A stretch of 64,000 nucleotides of DNA from an uncultured Verrucomicrobiae bacterium (GTDB lineage Bacteria; Verrucomicrobiota; Verrucomicrobiia; Chthoniobacterales; UBA10450): positions 1,184,001-1,248,000 of the forward strand of contig CAWIBO010000002.1 in assembly GCA_963834385.1 (NCBI GenBank). Direction: 5' to 3'. Below, piece after piece: positions 1 through 8,977 of this stretch. How positions within the stretch are numbered: position 1 is the first letter of the stretch; every line of letters starts with the position of its first letter. A program made the position numbers and the translations under genes. The notes below the pieces were generated by a model. It saw nothing but the letters and a program-made list of their open reading frames with translations. It was not told the origin of the DNA and made no database searches.

Positions 1-428
1 CCGAGATCGAGGCGCGCGGCCTCCTCGTCGAGACCGAGCTGCGCTCGGACCTCCCGTTGCTCCAGGTCGATCGCGACCAGATGAAGCAGGCTTTCTATAA
101 CGTGATCAAGAACAGTTTCGAGGCCATGAAACGGGGCGGGCTGCTGCGCGTTCGGACGGATATGGACGAGAAACATGTCCTGGTCAGTTTTATCGATAAC
201 GGAAGCGGGATGTCCGCCGAGTCGCTCAGCCGCGTTTTTGAGCCTTACTACACAACCAAGGTGAGCGGGACCGGTCTCGGCCTGCTAATCGTCCGGCGAA
301 TCGTGCGCGAACATGGCGGTGAACTCGCCATCGAGAGTTCGGAGGGCCAGGGTTTCACTCTCACCCTGCGCCTCCCCATGGCCGAACAGCGGGTCCGGAT
401 GCTCGAGGCCGGAAGTAGAACGAATTAG
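1..428 (+). CDS. Sensor histidine kinase, C-terminal HATPase_c part (5'-truncated by window edge)
   Basis: N box (QAFYNVIKNSFEAM), G1 (DNGSGM), F box (FEPYYTTK), G2 (GTGLGL); stop TAG lies inside the first repeat module. Confidence 0.9.
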   Translation, partial: EIEARGLLVETELRSDLPLLQVDRDQMKQAFYNVIKNSFEAMKRGGLLRVRTDMDEKHVLVSFIDNGSGMSAESLSRVFEPYYTTKVSGTGLGLLIVRRIVREHGGELAIESSEGQGFTLTLRLPMAEQRVRMLEAGSRTN

Positions 429-1230
429 GAAACCAGGGGAAGACGAGGATGGAGGGTGGAGGGTAGAGGATGGTCTCCGTCCTACTCGTAATCATAATCG
501 TGCTCGTAATCGCTCCCCCGCTTTCCCAAAAAAAGCTGAAACGCTGAAACGCTGACAAGCTGAAATAAGGAGAAGACGAATTAGGAATCCAGGAGTTGAG
601 ACGAGGATGGAGAATGGAAGATGGAGGATAGAAACTGCTTCCAACGATTCACCACTAACGATTCACGATTCACGCCCCATCAAATCCCCTCCTGCTCATG
701 CTCTTAATCTTGATCTTGCTCCTCTTAGGAAACCAGGAAGACAGGAAGGGACGAGAAGAACCGAGGATCGAAGGTAGAGGATAGAGGATCGCCTCCATCT
801 CGACCTCCGACGCCCGACGCCCGACCACCCGCTCCGCCCGGCGTTTTCCCCCGGTAGGGCGAGACTCCGTCGAGCCTGGGAGAAGGCTTCGCTCCGGAGG
901 GGAAGACAGGATTAACAGGAGGGACAGGATTTAAGGCAAAGGCGTGACCCGTCTTTGATGGCGGCGCTGCATTTCACATGCTGGCAGCGCGTGCTCACAG
1001 GCTCGACGGAGTCTCGCCCCACCGAGGAACCCGGCCCCGCTCCCCAAACTCCTGCTCCTGCTCTTGATCTTGCTCCTGATCCTCTGAAACCCCGATAACC
1101 AATAACCAATAACCAATAACCGTTCAGGAACTGAACCCCGAACCCCGATAACCGGTCATGCCTCCTTTTCCTGTTTTCCTCCTTTCCTGATTAGAATTCT
1201 TTTCCTGGTTTCCTGGCTTCCAAATTGGTC
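420..1230. repeat. Modular mosaic repeat array A
   Basis: Modules GAATTAGGAAACCAGG (422, 578, variant 725), GAGGATGGAG.., TACTCGTAATCATAATCGTGCTCGTAATCG (483-512), GCTGAAAC x3, ATTCACG, CCGACGC, ACAGGATT, AATAACC x4; reverse-complement TTCCTG.. tracts at 1168-1226. Confidence 0.9.
853..1023. repeat. REP-like inverted pair (REPIN-like)
   Basis: GGTAGGGCGAGACTCCGTCGAGCCTG (853-878) and CAGGCTCGACGGAGTCTCGCCCCACC (998-1023): 26-bp inverted repeat with 1 mismatch; GTAG followed by an imperfect palindrome. Confidence 0.75.
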
Positions 1231-1284
1231 CCTCTTCCGCCCCCCGCATGACATCGGCAATGGTCTGCGCGACGTTAAAAACCC

Positions 1285-3396
1285 ATGAGAACCGTCATCC
1301 TTCTTCTGCTGCTCGCTCTTTCTGCTTCAGCCCAGGATTCCTCGCCCGCCGCCACCGCCGCGGCGGACAGCCGGCAACCCTTCACCTTTGCCGCCATGAT
1401 GAAACTGAAGCGCGTTGGTGCGCCCAACCCTTCGCCCGACGGCAAATGGGTGGTCTTCGACGCGGTCGATGTGGATCTTGCGGCCAACACCAGGATTTCC
1501 CGGCTCTGGATCGTGCCCGCGAGCGGCGGGGAAGCGCGCCGGCTGAACCCCGCCACCGACAACCACGAGGAGCGGCCGCGCTTCGCGCCGGACGGAAAAC
1601 ATCTGATCTGGACGTCAAAGGCCACCGATCCGTCGCAGATCTGGATGGCGCCCTTTGACCCGGCCAAGGGTCTCCTGGCGGCGGCCCCGCATCAGGTCAC
1701 CGGCCTTTCCACCGGCGCGGATGGCGGCGTCTGGACGGGTGACGGCAAAAACATTCTTTTTGTTTCCAACGTTTATCCCGACTGCAAGGACGACGCCTGC
1801 AACCGGCAGCGGGACGAGGAGCTGAAGCAGGGCAAAGTTTCCGCCAAGATTTTCACCCGGCTGCTTTACCGGCATTGGGCTTCCTACACCGAGTTCAAGC
1901 GGAGCCATCTTTTTGTCGTGAGCGCTCTCTCCCGGGCCGGGGCCAGGGAATCAATTCCCGCGCGCGACCTCACCCCGGGCGACCACGACGTGCCGCCCTT
2001 TAACCTCGGCGGCCAGGACATGTACGCCTCCTCTCCGGACGGTCAGGAGGTCGCCTACACCAGCAATACCGACAAGGTGGAGGCCACCAGCACCAATAAC
2101 GATGTCTTCATCATCCCGCTCTCGGGGGGCAGCCCGAAGAAGATTTCGACCAGCCCGGGCAACGACAACACGCCCCTCTATTCGCCGGACGGAAAATGGA
2201 TTGCCTGGCGGTCCATGGCGCGGGCCGGCTACGAGGCCGATCGGCAGACCCTGGTGGCGTACGAACGGGCCGGAGGCCGGCTGCGCGACCTGACAGCGAC
2301 GCTGGATCGCTCCGCCGGCAGCTTCACCTGGGCGCTGGAGAACGCGAAACCGGTCCTCGCTTTTGTGGCGGAACAACGGGGATACGCCCCTCTCTATGTC
2401 GTGGGCCTGGAGGGCGCGAAACCGCGCCAGGTGGGCGATGCGAAACTGCACCTCGACGATCTCGTCTTTGCGCAGGACCACCTTTATGCCACCCGCATGT
2501 CCGTCGCGCAGCCGAACGAGATCGTCCGGCTTACCCTTTCCGCCGACCCGGCGATCTCCGCGGTCACGCACATGAACGACGCGCTCCTCTCGGAGATCAG
2601 CATGCAACCGCTCGAGTCGTTCACCTTCCAGGGCGCGAACAACGACGAGGTGGAGGGTTTCCTGGTCCGCCCGCCCGGGTTCGATCCCAAACAGAAATAT
2701 CCCGTCAAGTTCCTCATCCATGGCGGACCGCAGGGAGCGTGGGGTGATTCCTGGTCCTACCGATGGAACCCGCAGCTTTTTGCCGCGACCGGCAATTATG
2801 CCGTGATCATGATCAACTTCCATGGGTCGACCGGCTACGGCCAGGCCTTTACCGACGCGATCCAGGGCGAGTGGGGCGGCAAACCGTATGAGGACCTCAT
2901 GAAAGGCCTCGATCATGCGCTGGAGAAATATCCCTTCCTCGATGGGAAACGCGTGGCGGCGCTCGGGGCCAGTTACGGCGGATACATGGTCAACTGGATC
3001 CTCGGGCAGACCGACCGTTTCCGGTGCGTTGTCTCCCACGATGGCGTCTTCAACACCGAGGCCGCCTACGGCACCACCGAGGAACTCTGGTTCGTGGAGT
3101 GGGAATTCAAAGGCCCGCCGTGGGAACAGCGTGAGCTCTACCGGAAGTGGTCGCCCCACCTCCACGCCGAAAAATTCAAAACGCCGACCCTCGTCGTCCA
3201 CGGGCAGCTCGATTATCGGCTCGACGTTTCCGAGGGGTTCCAGCTCTTCACCACCCTGCAACGTCTGGGTGTGCCCTCGAAAATGCTCTATTTCCCCGAC
3301 GAAGGCCATTGGGTGCTGAAACCGCAAAACTCCCAGCTCTGGTATCAGACCGTGAACGATTGGGTCGACCAGTGGTGTAAAAGTAGCCGGGAATAG
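1285..3396 (+). CDS. Secreted S9 family peptidase (prolyl oligopeptidase/dipeptidyl peptidase-like) with PD40-type propeller
   Basis: Signal peptide; SPDG repeats; HGGP, GASYGG nucleophile, GQLDYR and DEGHW triad motifs. Confidence 0.92.
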   Translation: MRTVILLLLLALSASAQDSSPAATAAADSRQPFTFAAMMKLKRVGAPNPSPDGKWVVFDAVDVDLAANTRISRLWIVPASGGEARRLNPATDNHEERPRFAPDGKHLIWTSKATDPSQIWMAPFDPAKGLLAAAPHQVTGLSTGADGGVWTGDGKNILFVSNVYPDCKDDACNRQRDEELKQGKVSAKIFTRLLYRHWASYTEFKRSHLFVVSALSRAGARESIPARDLTPGDHDVPPFNLGGQDMYASSPDGQEVAYTSNTDKVEATSTNNDVFIIPLSGGSPKKISTSPGNDNTPLYSPDGKWIAWRSMARAGYEADRQTLVAYERAGGRLRDLTATLDRSAGSFTWALENAKPVLAFVAEQRGYAPLYVVGLEGAKPRQVGDAKLHLDDLVFAQDHLYATRMSVAQPNEIVRLTLSADPAISAVTHMNDALLSEISMQPLESFTFQGANNDEVEGFLVRPPGFDPKQKYPVKFLIHGGPQGAWGDSWSYRWNPQLFAATGNYAVIMINFHGSTGYGQAFTDAIQGEWGGKPYEDLMKGLDHALEKYPFLDGKRVAALGASYGGYMVNWILGQTDRFRCVVSHDGVFNTEAAYGTTEELWFVEWEFKGPPWEQRELYRKWSPHLHAEKFKTPTLVVHGQLDYRLDVSEGFQLFTTLQRLGVPSKMLYFPDEGHWVLKPQNSQLWYQTVNDWVDQWCKSSRE

Positions 3397-3434
3397 CGTT
3401 TGAGGGATTGTCCTGTTGCGACAAAATTGCACAG

Positions 3435-4898
3435 GTGCCCCAAAACGACCCAGCCGGCCTCCAGCCGACCGTTCTGATCGTCGATGACGAGAAGCCGACG
3501 CGGGACGGTTTGCGCCGGCTGCTGGAGGACCAGTACGACACCTACATCGCGGAGGACATCCGCGGCGCCATGGACGTGCTTGAGCGCGAGTCGATCGATC
3601 TCGTCCTGACGGATCTTCGCCTGGCCGGCGACGACGGGATGGACCTGGTGGAGAAGGCGCTGAAAAGATCGCACCCGCCCATTGTCGTCATGATGACGGC
3701 CTACGGCTCGGTCGACACCGCGGTGGAGGCGATGAAACGGGGTGTCTACGACTTTGTGACCAAGCCGCTGAACCTGGACAAGGTGGAAATGCTGATCGCC
3801 CGGGCCTTGAACAGCCGCAAGATCGAGCAGGAGAACCGGAGCCTGCGCCAGCAGGTCAACGAGCGGTTTGGCCTCGAGAACATCGTCGGCGAATCCGCCC
3901 CCCTGCGCGAAGTCCTCGACACCATCCGGCAGGTGGCCCCCTCCTCGGCCAACGTCCTGATCGAGGGCGAAAGCGGCACGGGCAAGGAACTGGCGGCGCA
4001 CGCCATCCATAACCTGAGCCGGCGGAACAAGGCAAAATTCGTCACGGTGCATTGCGCCGCCCTTTCACCCACGCTCCTGGAGAGCGAGCTTTTCGGGCAC
4101 GAACGCGGCGCCTTCACCGGGGCGCACGAGCGCCGGATCGGCCGGTTCGAACAGGCCAACGGCGGCACCATTTTCCTCGATGAAATCGGCGAGATCGACG
4201 CCAGCACCCAGGTGAAGCTCCTGCGCGTGATCAGCGAGGAGCGCTCCTTTGAACGCGTGGGCGGCAGCCAGACCCTCCGGGCCGACGTCCGGCTCATCGC
4301 GGCCACGAACAAGAACCTCCAGGAACTGGTCAAGGAGGGGAAGTTCCGGGACGACCTCTATTTCCGCCTCAATGTCGTCCATCTCACCATGCCGCCGTTG
4401 CGCGATCGCCGGGAAGATATTCCGCTTCTCGTGCGCGGCTTTTTGCGGCACTTCTGTAAGGCGAATGACAAGCCGCTGCTCGAAATCGCCCCGGAGGCCA
4501 TGAACGTCCTCCTCAGCTACGATTGGCCGGGCAACGTGCGCGAGCTGCGGACCGCCGTCGAACACGGCGTGGTCATGGCCACGGGCAAACAGATTCAATT
4601 GCGCGAACTGCCCATGAACGTCCGCCAGACGGCCGTGGCCAGCCTTCCGGCGGGCATCACCCCGGCCCGCGCTTTCGGCGAAAAGGCCAGCCCGCTCGAT
4701 CTCCACGAGACCGAGCGCCGCCTCATCATGCAGGCGCTCGCCGCCAGCGAAGGCAACGTCACCGCCGCGGCCAAAAAACTGGGCATCAGCCGCCGCACCC
4801 TGCACCGGAAGATCAACGAAATGAACGCGGAGAAACAAAAGGCGGCGGGCGGGAGTCCCGGCGCCGGGGACGAGGAGCACGATGGCCGGGCCAGCTGA
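3435..4898 (+). CDS. Sigma-54-dependent NtrC-family response regulator (REC-AAA+-Fis HTH)
   Basis: LIVDDE receiver, GESGTGKE Walker A, GAFTGA, WPGNVREL, LGISRRTL HTH; start uncertain (GTG 3435 or TTG 3408). Confidence 0.93.
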   Translation: MPQNDPAGLQPTVLIVDDEKPTRDGLRRLLEDQYDTYIAEDIRGAMDVLERESIDLVLTDLRLAGDDGMDLVEKALKRSHPPIVVMMTAYGSVDTAVEAMKRGVYDFVTKPLNLDKVEMLIARALNSRKIEQENRSLRQQVNERFGLENIVGESAPLREVLDTIRQVAPSSANVLIEGESGTGKELAAHAIHNLSRRNKAKFVTVHCAALSPTLLESELFGHERGAFTGAHERRIGRFEQANGGTIFLDEIGEIDASTQVKLLRVISEERSFERVGGSQTLRADVRLIAATNKNLQELVKEGKFRDDLYFRLNVVHLTMPPLRDRREDIPLLVRGFLRHFCKANDKPLLEIAPEAMNVLLSYDWPGNVRELRTAVEHGVVMATGKQIQLRELPMNVRQTAVASLPAGITPARAFGEKASPLDLHETERRLIMQALAASEGNVTAAAKKLGISRRTLHRKINEMNAEKQKAAGGSPGAGDEEHDGRAS

Positions 4899-6612
4899 CG
4901 CCATCCAGCGCGCGGTGCACGCGCTCGAATCCGGCGGCCTGGCCGTCTGGGTCCGGCGCGCCCTCATCGTGGTCGCGCTGGTCGGCCTCGCCCTCTTTTA
5001 CCAGATACGGGAGTTCCGCGGTCTGGCCACTTCGCACGCGATGGACCAGGCCCAGATCGGGCGGCAGCTCGCCAGCGGACACGGCTTCCGCACCCAGTTC
5101 ATCCGGCCGCGCGCCATCGGGCAATTGCAGGCCCGGGGCAAGGACGTCGCCACCAACATCTGGTACGACACCTACAACGCGCCCCTGCCGCCCCTCCTGA
5201 ATGCCGTGGTTCTCTTTCCTTTCAAGGCGCGCTGGCAAATGACGCCCGCCGACGTCATCTATGCCGGCGACAAGGTCATCGCCTTCACCGGCATCCTTCT
5301 TTTCTTCGCCTCGCTCGTCCTGCTCTACTTCATCGCGCGGCGGCTCTTTGATCAGCGCCTCGCGCTCATGGCCTGCGGGATCATGGTCCTGTGCGACCTC
5401 CTTTGGCAGTACTCGATCTCCGGTCTGCCGCAGATGCTCATGCTCTTCCTTTTCCACGGCACGATTTATCTCGTGGTCCGCGCCGTCCAGGCCCAGGACG
5501 TGGGCGGGCGTGTCGGCTTCTGGCTCGCGGGCGTGGGGGCCGGTTTCGGTCTCCTGGCGCTCACCCATGCCCTCACCATCTGGATCTTCGTGGCCGCGCT
5601 CCTCTTTTTCGCGATTCACTTCCGCCCGCGCGGCTGGGCCGCTCTCTTGGTCCTCGCTGTTTTCCTGGCGATCTATTCGCCCTGGCTCCTCCGGAACTAT
5701 GTGGTCTCAGGCCATCCCGGCGGCGTCGCCATCTACTCGGTCCTGGCCGATATGAAATATTCCGAGGCGGGCTGGATGCGCCGGATCGGCCTCGATACCA
5801 CCGGCGTCGGTCCGGCGGCCCTGCGGACGAAGATTGTCAGCAATGTCGTCGGCCAGGCCGGCCAGCTCGTGCGGCATCTCGGCTGGAACGTGGTCGCTCT
5901 CGCCTTCTTTTTCAGCCTCATGCACCGCTTTAAACGGCCGGAAACCGCCATGCTCAAATGGATGCTGCTCGCTCTCTGGCTCGGCGCTTTTGCCGGGATG
6001 TCTCTCTATGGTCTGCCCGAGGAGCAGGGCTTCGCCGCGAACCAGCTCCATCTGCTTTTTCTGCCGCTCATGACCTGCTTCGGGCTCGCCTTTCTTCTCG
6101 TGCAATGGAACCGCACGGAGGTCGACCTGCGCGTGGCGCGGGTTGGTTTCATCGTCGGCCTTTTCCTCCTCTGCTCGTTGCCGCTCCTGTTCAACATGAT
6201 CATGCCGCGAAAGGCGCAGATCCGCTGGCCCCCTTACGTCCCGCCTTACATCGCCGTCCTCAACTCCTGGATGGGTCCGGCCGAGATCACCGCCTCCGAC
6301 ATGCCCTGGGCCATCGCCTGGTATGCCGATCGGCGCGCCCTTTGGGTCCCCGAAAACGTCCGCGTCATGACCGAGCTGAATGACTGGGGCCGCCTCGGCG
6401 GACCGATCAACGGCCTTTATCTCACGCCGATCAGCGGCAGCCAGAATGTCCTCACGGATATTCTCAAGGGGGAATACCGCAACTGGGCCACCGTCATCCT
6501 GCGCAGCGTCGATCTCCAGACGTTCCCCCTGAAATGGGCCACCCTGCTCGGGCTCGAGAACGAATGCGTTTTCTTCAGCAACGAAGACCGCCAGAAACTT
6601 CCGGCACGGTGA
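4882..6612 (+). CDS. Multi-pass membrane protein, GT-C (ArnT/PMT-like) glycosyltransferase-like
   Basis: Many TM segments; DQAQIGR..G periplasmic loop, YNAPLPP motif, PWLLRNY motif; overlaps both neighbours. Confidence 0.65.
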   Translation: MAGPADAIQRAVHALESGGLAVWVRRALIVVALVGLALFYQIREFRGLATSHAMDQAQIGRQLASGHGFRTQFIRPRAIGQLQARGKDVATNIWYDTYNAPLPPLLNAVVLFPFKARWQMTPADVIYAGDKVIAFTGILLFFASLVLLYFIARRLFDQRLALMACGIMVLCDLLWQYSISGLPQMLMLFLFHGTIYLVVRAVQAQDVGGRVGFWLAGVGAGFGLLALTHALTIWIFVAALLFFAIHFRPRGWAALLVLAVFLAIYSPWLLRNYVVSGHPGGVAIYSVLADMKYSEAGWMRRIGLDTTGVGPAALRTKIVSNVVGQAGQLVRHLGWNVVALAFFFSLMHRFKRPETAMLKWMLLALWLGAFAGMSLYGLPEEQGFAANQLHLLFLPLMTCFGLAFLLVQWNRTEVDLRVARVGFIVGLFLLCSLPLLFNMIMPRKAQIRWPPYVPPYIAVLNSWMGPAEITASDMPWAIAWYADRRALWVPENVRVMTELNDWGRLGGPINGLYLTPISGSQNVLTDILKGEYRNWATVILRSVDLQTFPLKWATLLGLENECVFFSNEDRQKLPAR

Positions 6613-8003
6613 TGGACAGGAACGCCGCCAGGAAAATCTTCGGGACGGACGGTGTGCGCGGCGTGGCCAACGTCGAGCCGGTTACGGCGGAGACGGCGCT
6701 CAAGCTCGGGCGCGCGGCCGCCCATGTCTTTACCCAGCTGCACCCGCAGGCGCACAGTGCCGGGACTCGTCCGAAGATCGTGCTCGGCAAGGACACGCGC
6801 CTGAGCGGTTACATGCTCGAGAACGCCTTCGTGGCCGGGATCACCTCGCTCGGCGTGGATGTCCTCGTCATTGGCCCGCTCCCCACCCCCGGTGTCGCCT
6901 ACATCACGCGCTCCCTTCGGGCCGATGCCGGCATTGTCCTCTCCGCCTCGCACAACCCCTACGAGGACAACGGCATCAAGTTCTTCCGGCACGACGGCTA
7001 CAAGCTCGATGACCGCATCGAGGAGCAGATCGAGCAGCTTGTCTTCACCGGCGAGATCGATGCCATCCGTCCGACCGCGGGGAACATCGGGCGGGCCCGC
7101 CGGATCGACGACGCCCTCGGCCGTTACGTCGAGTTCGCCAAGGCCAGTTTTCCCCGGGGCATGACCCTCGAGAAAATGCATGTGGCCGTCGACGTGGCCA
7201 ACGGCGCCGCCTACAAGTCCACTCCCTGCATCCTGCGGGAACTGGGCGCGACCCTGACTGTGGCGCACAACGAGCCGAACGGGACCAACATCAACGCCGA
7301 TTGCGGGAGCACGCATCCCGGGGAGATCCAGCGTCTCCAGCGCGAGAGCGGCGCCCGGGTCGGCTTGACGCACGATGGCGACGCCGACCGCGTTCTTCTC
7401 TGCGACGAGCAGGGCGAGCTCGTCGATGGCGACGAGATCCTGGCCATCGCCGCGGTCGACCTTCTGCAGCACGACCAGCTTCGCGACAAGACTCTCGTGG
7501 CCACCGTCATGAGCAATTTCGGGCTCGAGGAAACCATCGGCGCGGCCGGCGGCCAGGTGATACGCACTGCCGTGGGCGATCGTTACGTTCTCGCCGAGAT
7601 GGTGCAGCGCAATCTCAACCTCGGCGGTGAACAGAGCGGCCACATGATCTTCCGCGATTTCACCACCACCGGCGACGGCATCATCAGCGCCCTCCAGATT
7701 CTTCGCATCATGACCGCGACCGGCCGTCCGCTCAGTGAACTCAAGAAATGTCTGCGGAAGTTTCCCCAGGCCCAGCGCAATCTGCGTGTCCGGGAAAAGG
7801 TGCCGCTGGAAAAGCTTTCCGGGGTGATGAGCCTGGTGCGCGAGACGGAGACGGAGCTCTCCGGCAAGGGGCGTGTCCTCTTGCGTTATTCCGGGACGGA
7901 ACCGAAGATCCGCCTTCTCATCGAGGGGCGCGACCGCGAAAAGATCGAGCAGCGCGCCGACCGGATTGCCGGCGCCATCCGCGATGAGATCGGTTCCGAC
8001 TAG
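6612..8003 (+). CDS. glmM: Phosphoglucosamine mutase
   Basis: FGTDGVRG, GKDTRLSGYMLE, SASHNP phospho-Ser, DGDADR, GGEQSGH, RYSGTEP. Confidence 0.96.
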   Translation: MDRNAARKIFGTDGVRGVANVEPVTAETALKLGRAAAHVFTQLHPQAHSAGTRPKIVLGKDTRLSGYMLENAFVAGITSLGVDVLVIGPLPTPGVAYITRSLRADAGIVLSASHNPYEDNGIKFFRHDGYKLDDRIEEQIEQLVFTGEIDAIRPTAGNIGRARRIDDALGRYVEFAKASFPRGMTLEKMHVAVDVANGAAYKSTPCILRELGATLTVAHNEPNGTNINADCGSTHPGEIQRLQRESGARVGLTHDGDADRVLLCDEQGELVDGDEILAIAAVDLLQHDQLRDKTLVATVMSNFGLEETIGAAGGQVIRTAVGDRYVLAEMVQRNLNLGGEQSGHMIFRDFTTTGDGIISALQILRIMTATGRPLSELKKCLRKFPQAQRNLRVREKVPLEKLSGVMSLVRETETELSGKGRVLLRYSGTEPKIRLLIEGRDREKIEQRADRIAGAIRDEIGSD

Positions 8004-8034
8004 GCGGCTCGTTTTTCCCAATGATTTTTAACAG

Positions 8035-8697
8035 ATGACTCTTTCCCGCATCCTTGAAGCGCTGCTTTTCAGCGCGCAAAAACCGCTCACCACCCGTGAA
8101 CTCCTTGACGCCGTCAAGGGAGAGGGGGAGACGGACGAACTGGTCCCGAACGAGTTTGCGCGGACGCGTGAGGCCGAGGTGGCGGCGGCGCTCGAGGAGC
8201 TGAAGGTCGAATACATCGGGCAGCAGCGCGCCTTTCAACTGGCGGAACAGGCCGATGGCTGGCAGCTCGTGACCGATCCCGCATACGGCGAATGGATCCG
8301 CCGCCTTTTCCCGGCGCCGAAACCCGCCCGCCTGAGCGCGCCCGCCCTCGAGACACTCGCCATCATCGCCTATCGACAGCCGATCACGCGCGCCGATGTC
8401 GAGGCCGTGCGCGGCGTTGCCATCGACGGCGTTTTGCAGACGCTTTTGGAACGCGGTCTGGTCAGGATCGGCGGCCGGGCCGAAGTCCCGGGCCGTCCGT
8501 TGCTCTACGAGACCACCGGTTTTTTCCTCGAGCACTTCGGCCTGCGCAACCTGGACGAACTCCCAAACGCCGAGGAGCTCCGCACCCGTTACCTGCCCAA
8601 AGCCCCGCCGCCAAAGACGCCCGCGCCCGCCGGGGAGGAGCTTAACGAAGATGAATCAGGAAAGCAGGAAGGGCCGAGGATGGAGAATGGAGAATAG
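8035..8697 (+). CDS. scpB: SMC-ScpAB complex subunit ScpB
   Basis: LEALLF, LSAPALETLAIIAYRQPITRADVEAVRGV, PGRPLLYETT..FLEHFGL. Confidence 0.95.
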   Translation: MTLSRILEALLFSAQKPLTTRELLDAVKGEGETDELVPNEFARTREAEVAAALEELKVEYIGQQRAFQLAEQADGWQLVTDPAYGEWIRRLFPAPKPARLSAPALETLAIIAYRQPITRADVEAVRGVAIDGVLQTLLERGLVRIGGRAEVPGRPLLYETTGFFLEHFGLRNLDELPNAEELRTRYLPKAPPPKTPAPAGEELNEDESGKQEGPRMENGE

Positions 8698-8977
8698 AGG
8701 ATCGCCCCCCTCCTACTCCTACTCGTAATCATAATCGTGCTCCTAATCGTCCCCGGCTTTCCCGAAAACGCTGAAACACTGACAAGCTCAAAAGCTGAAA
8801 TAGGGAGAAGACGAATTAGGAAACCAGGAAGGCAGGAAGGGGAAGAAGCCGTGATCGGTGATCCGTGATCTGAACCCCGAACCCTGAACTCCGAACCCTG
8901 ATAACGAATAACCGCGTTCGTTCCACTCCGACCATTCACGATTCACCACTCACCATTCACGTCCTCCCCGCCCCCCC
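8650..8977. repeat. Modular mosaic repeat array B
   Basis: Same modules as array A; about 8705-8964 is a near-direct repeat of about 10293-10523. Confidence 0.9.

Noticed and set aside
313..1116. Short ORFs inside the arrays (313-555, 361-558, 912-1109, 931-1116; likewise 8589-8939, 10057-10496, 19085-19403)
   Set aside because: Low-complexity translations of repeat modules with no consistent frame or start between copies
420..1230. CRISPR array interpretation of the periodic repeats
   Set aside because: Anchors are degenerate, spacing is 120-180 bp and irregular, intervening blocks are themselves repetitive, and there are no cas genes
1951..3432. Long antisense ORFs (also 6417-8021, 14333-16051, 37252-38628, 54834-56222, 62699-63946)
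   Set aside because: Shadow frames of well-supported genes, expected at high GC
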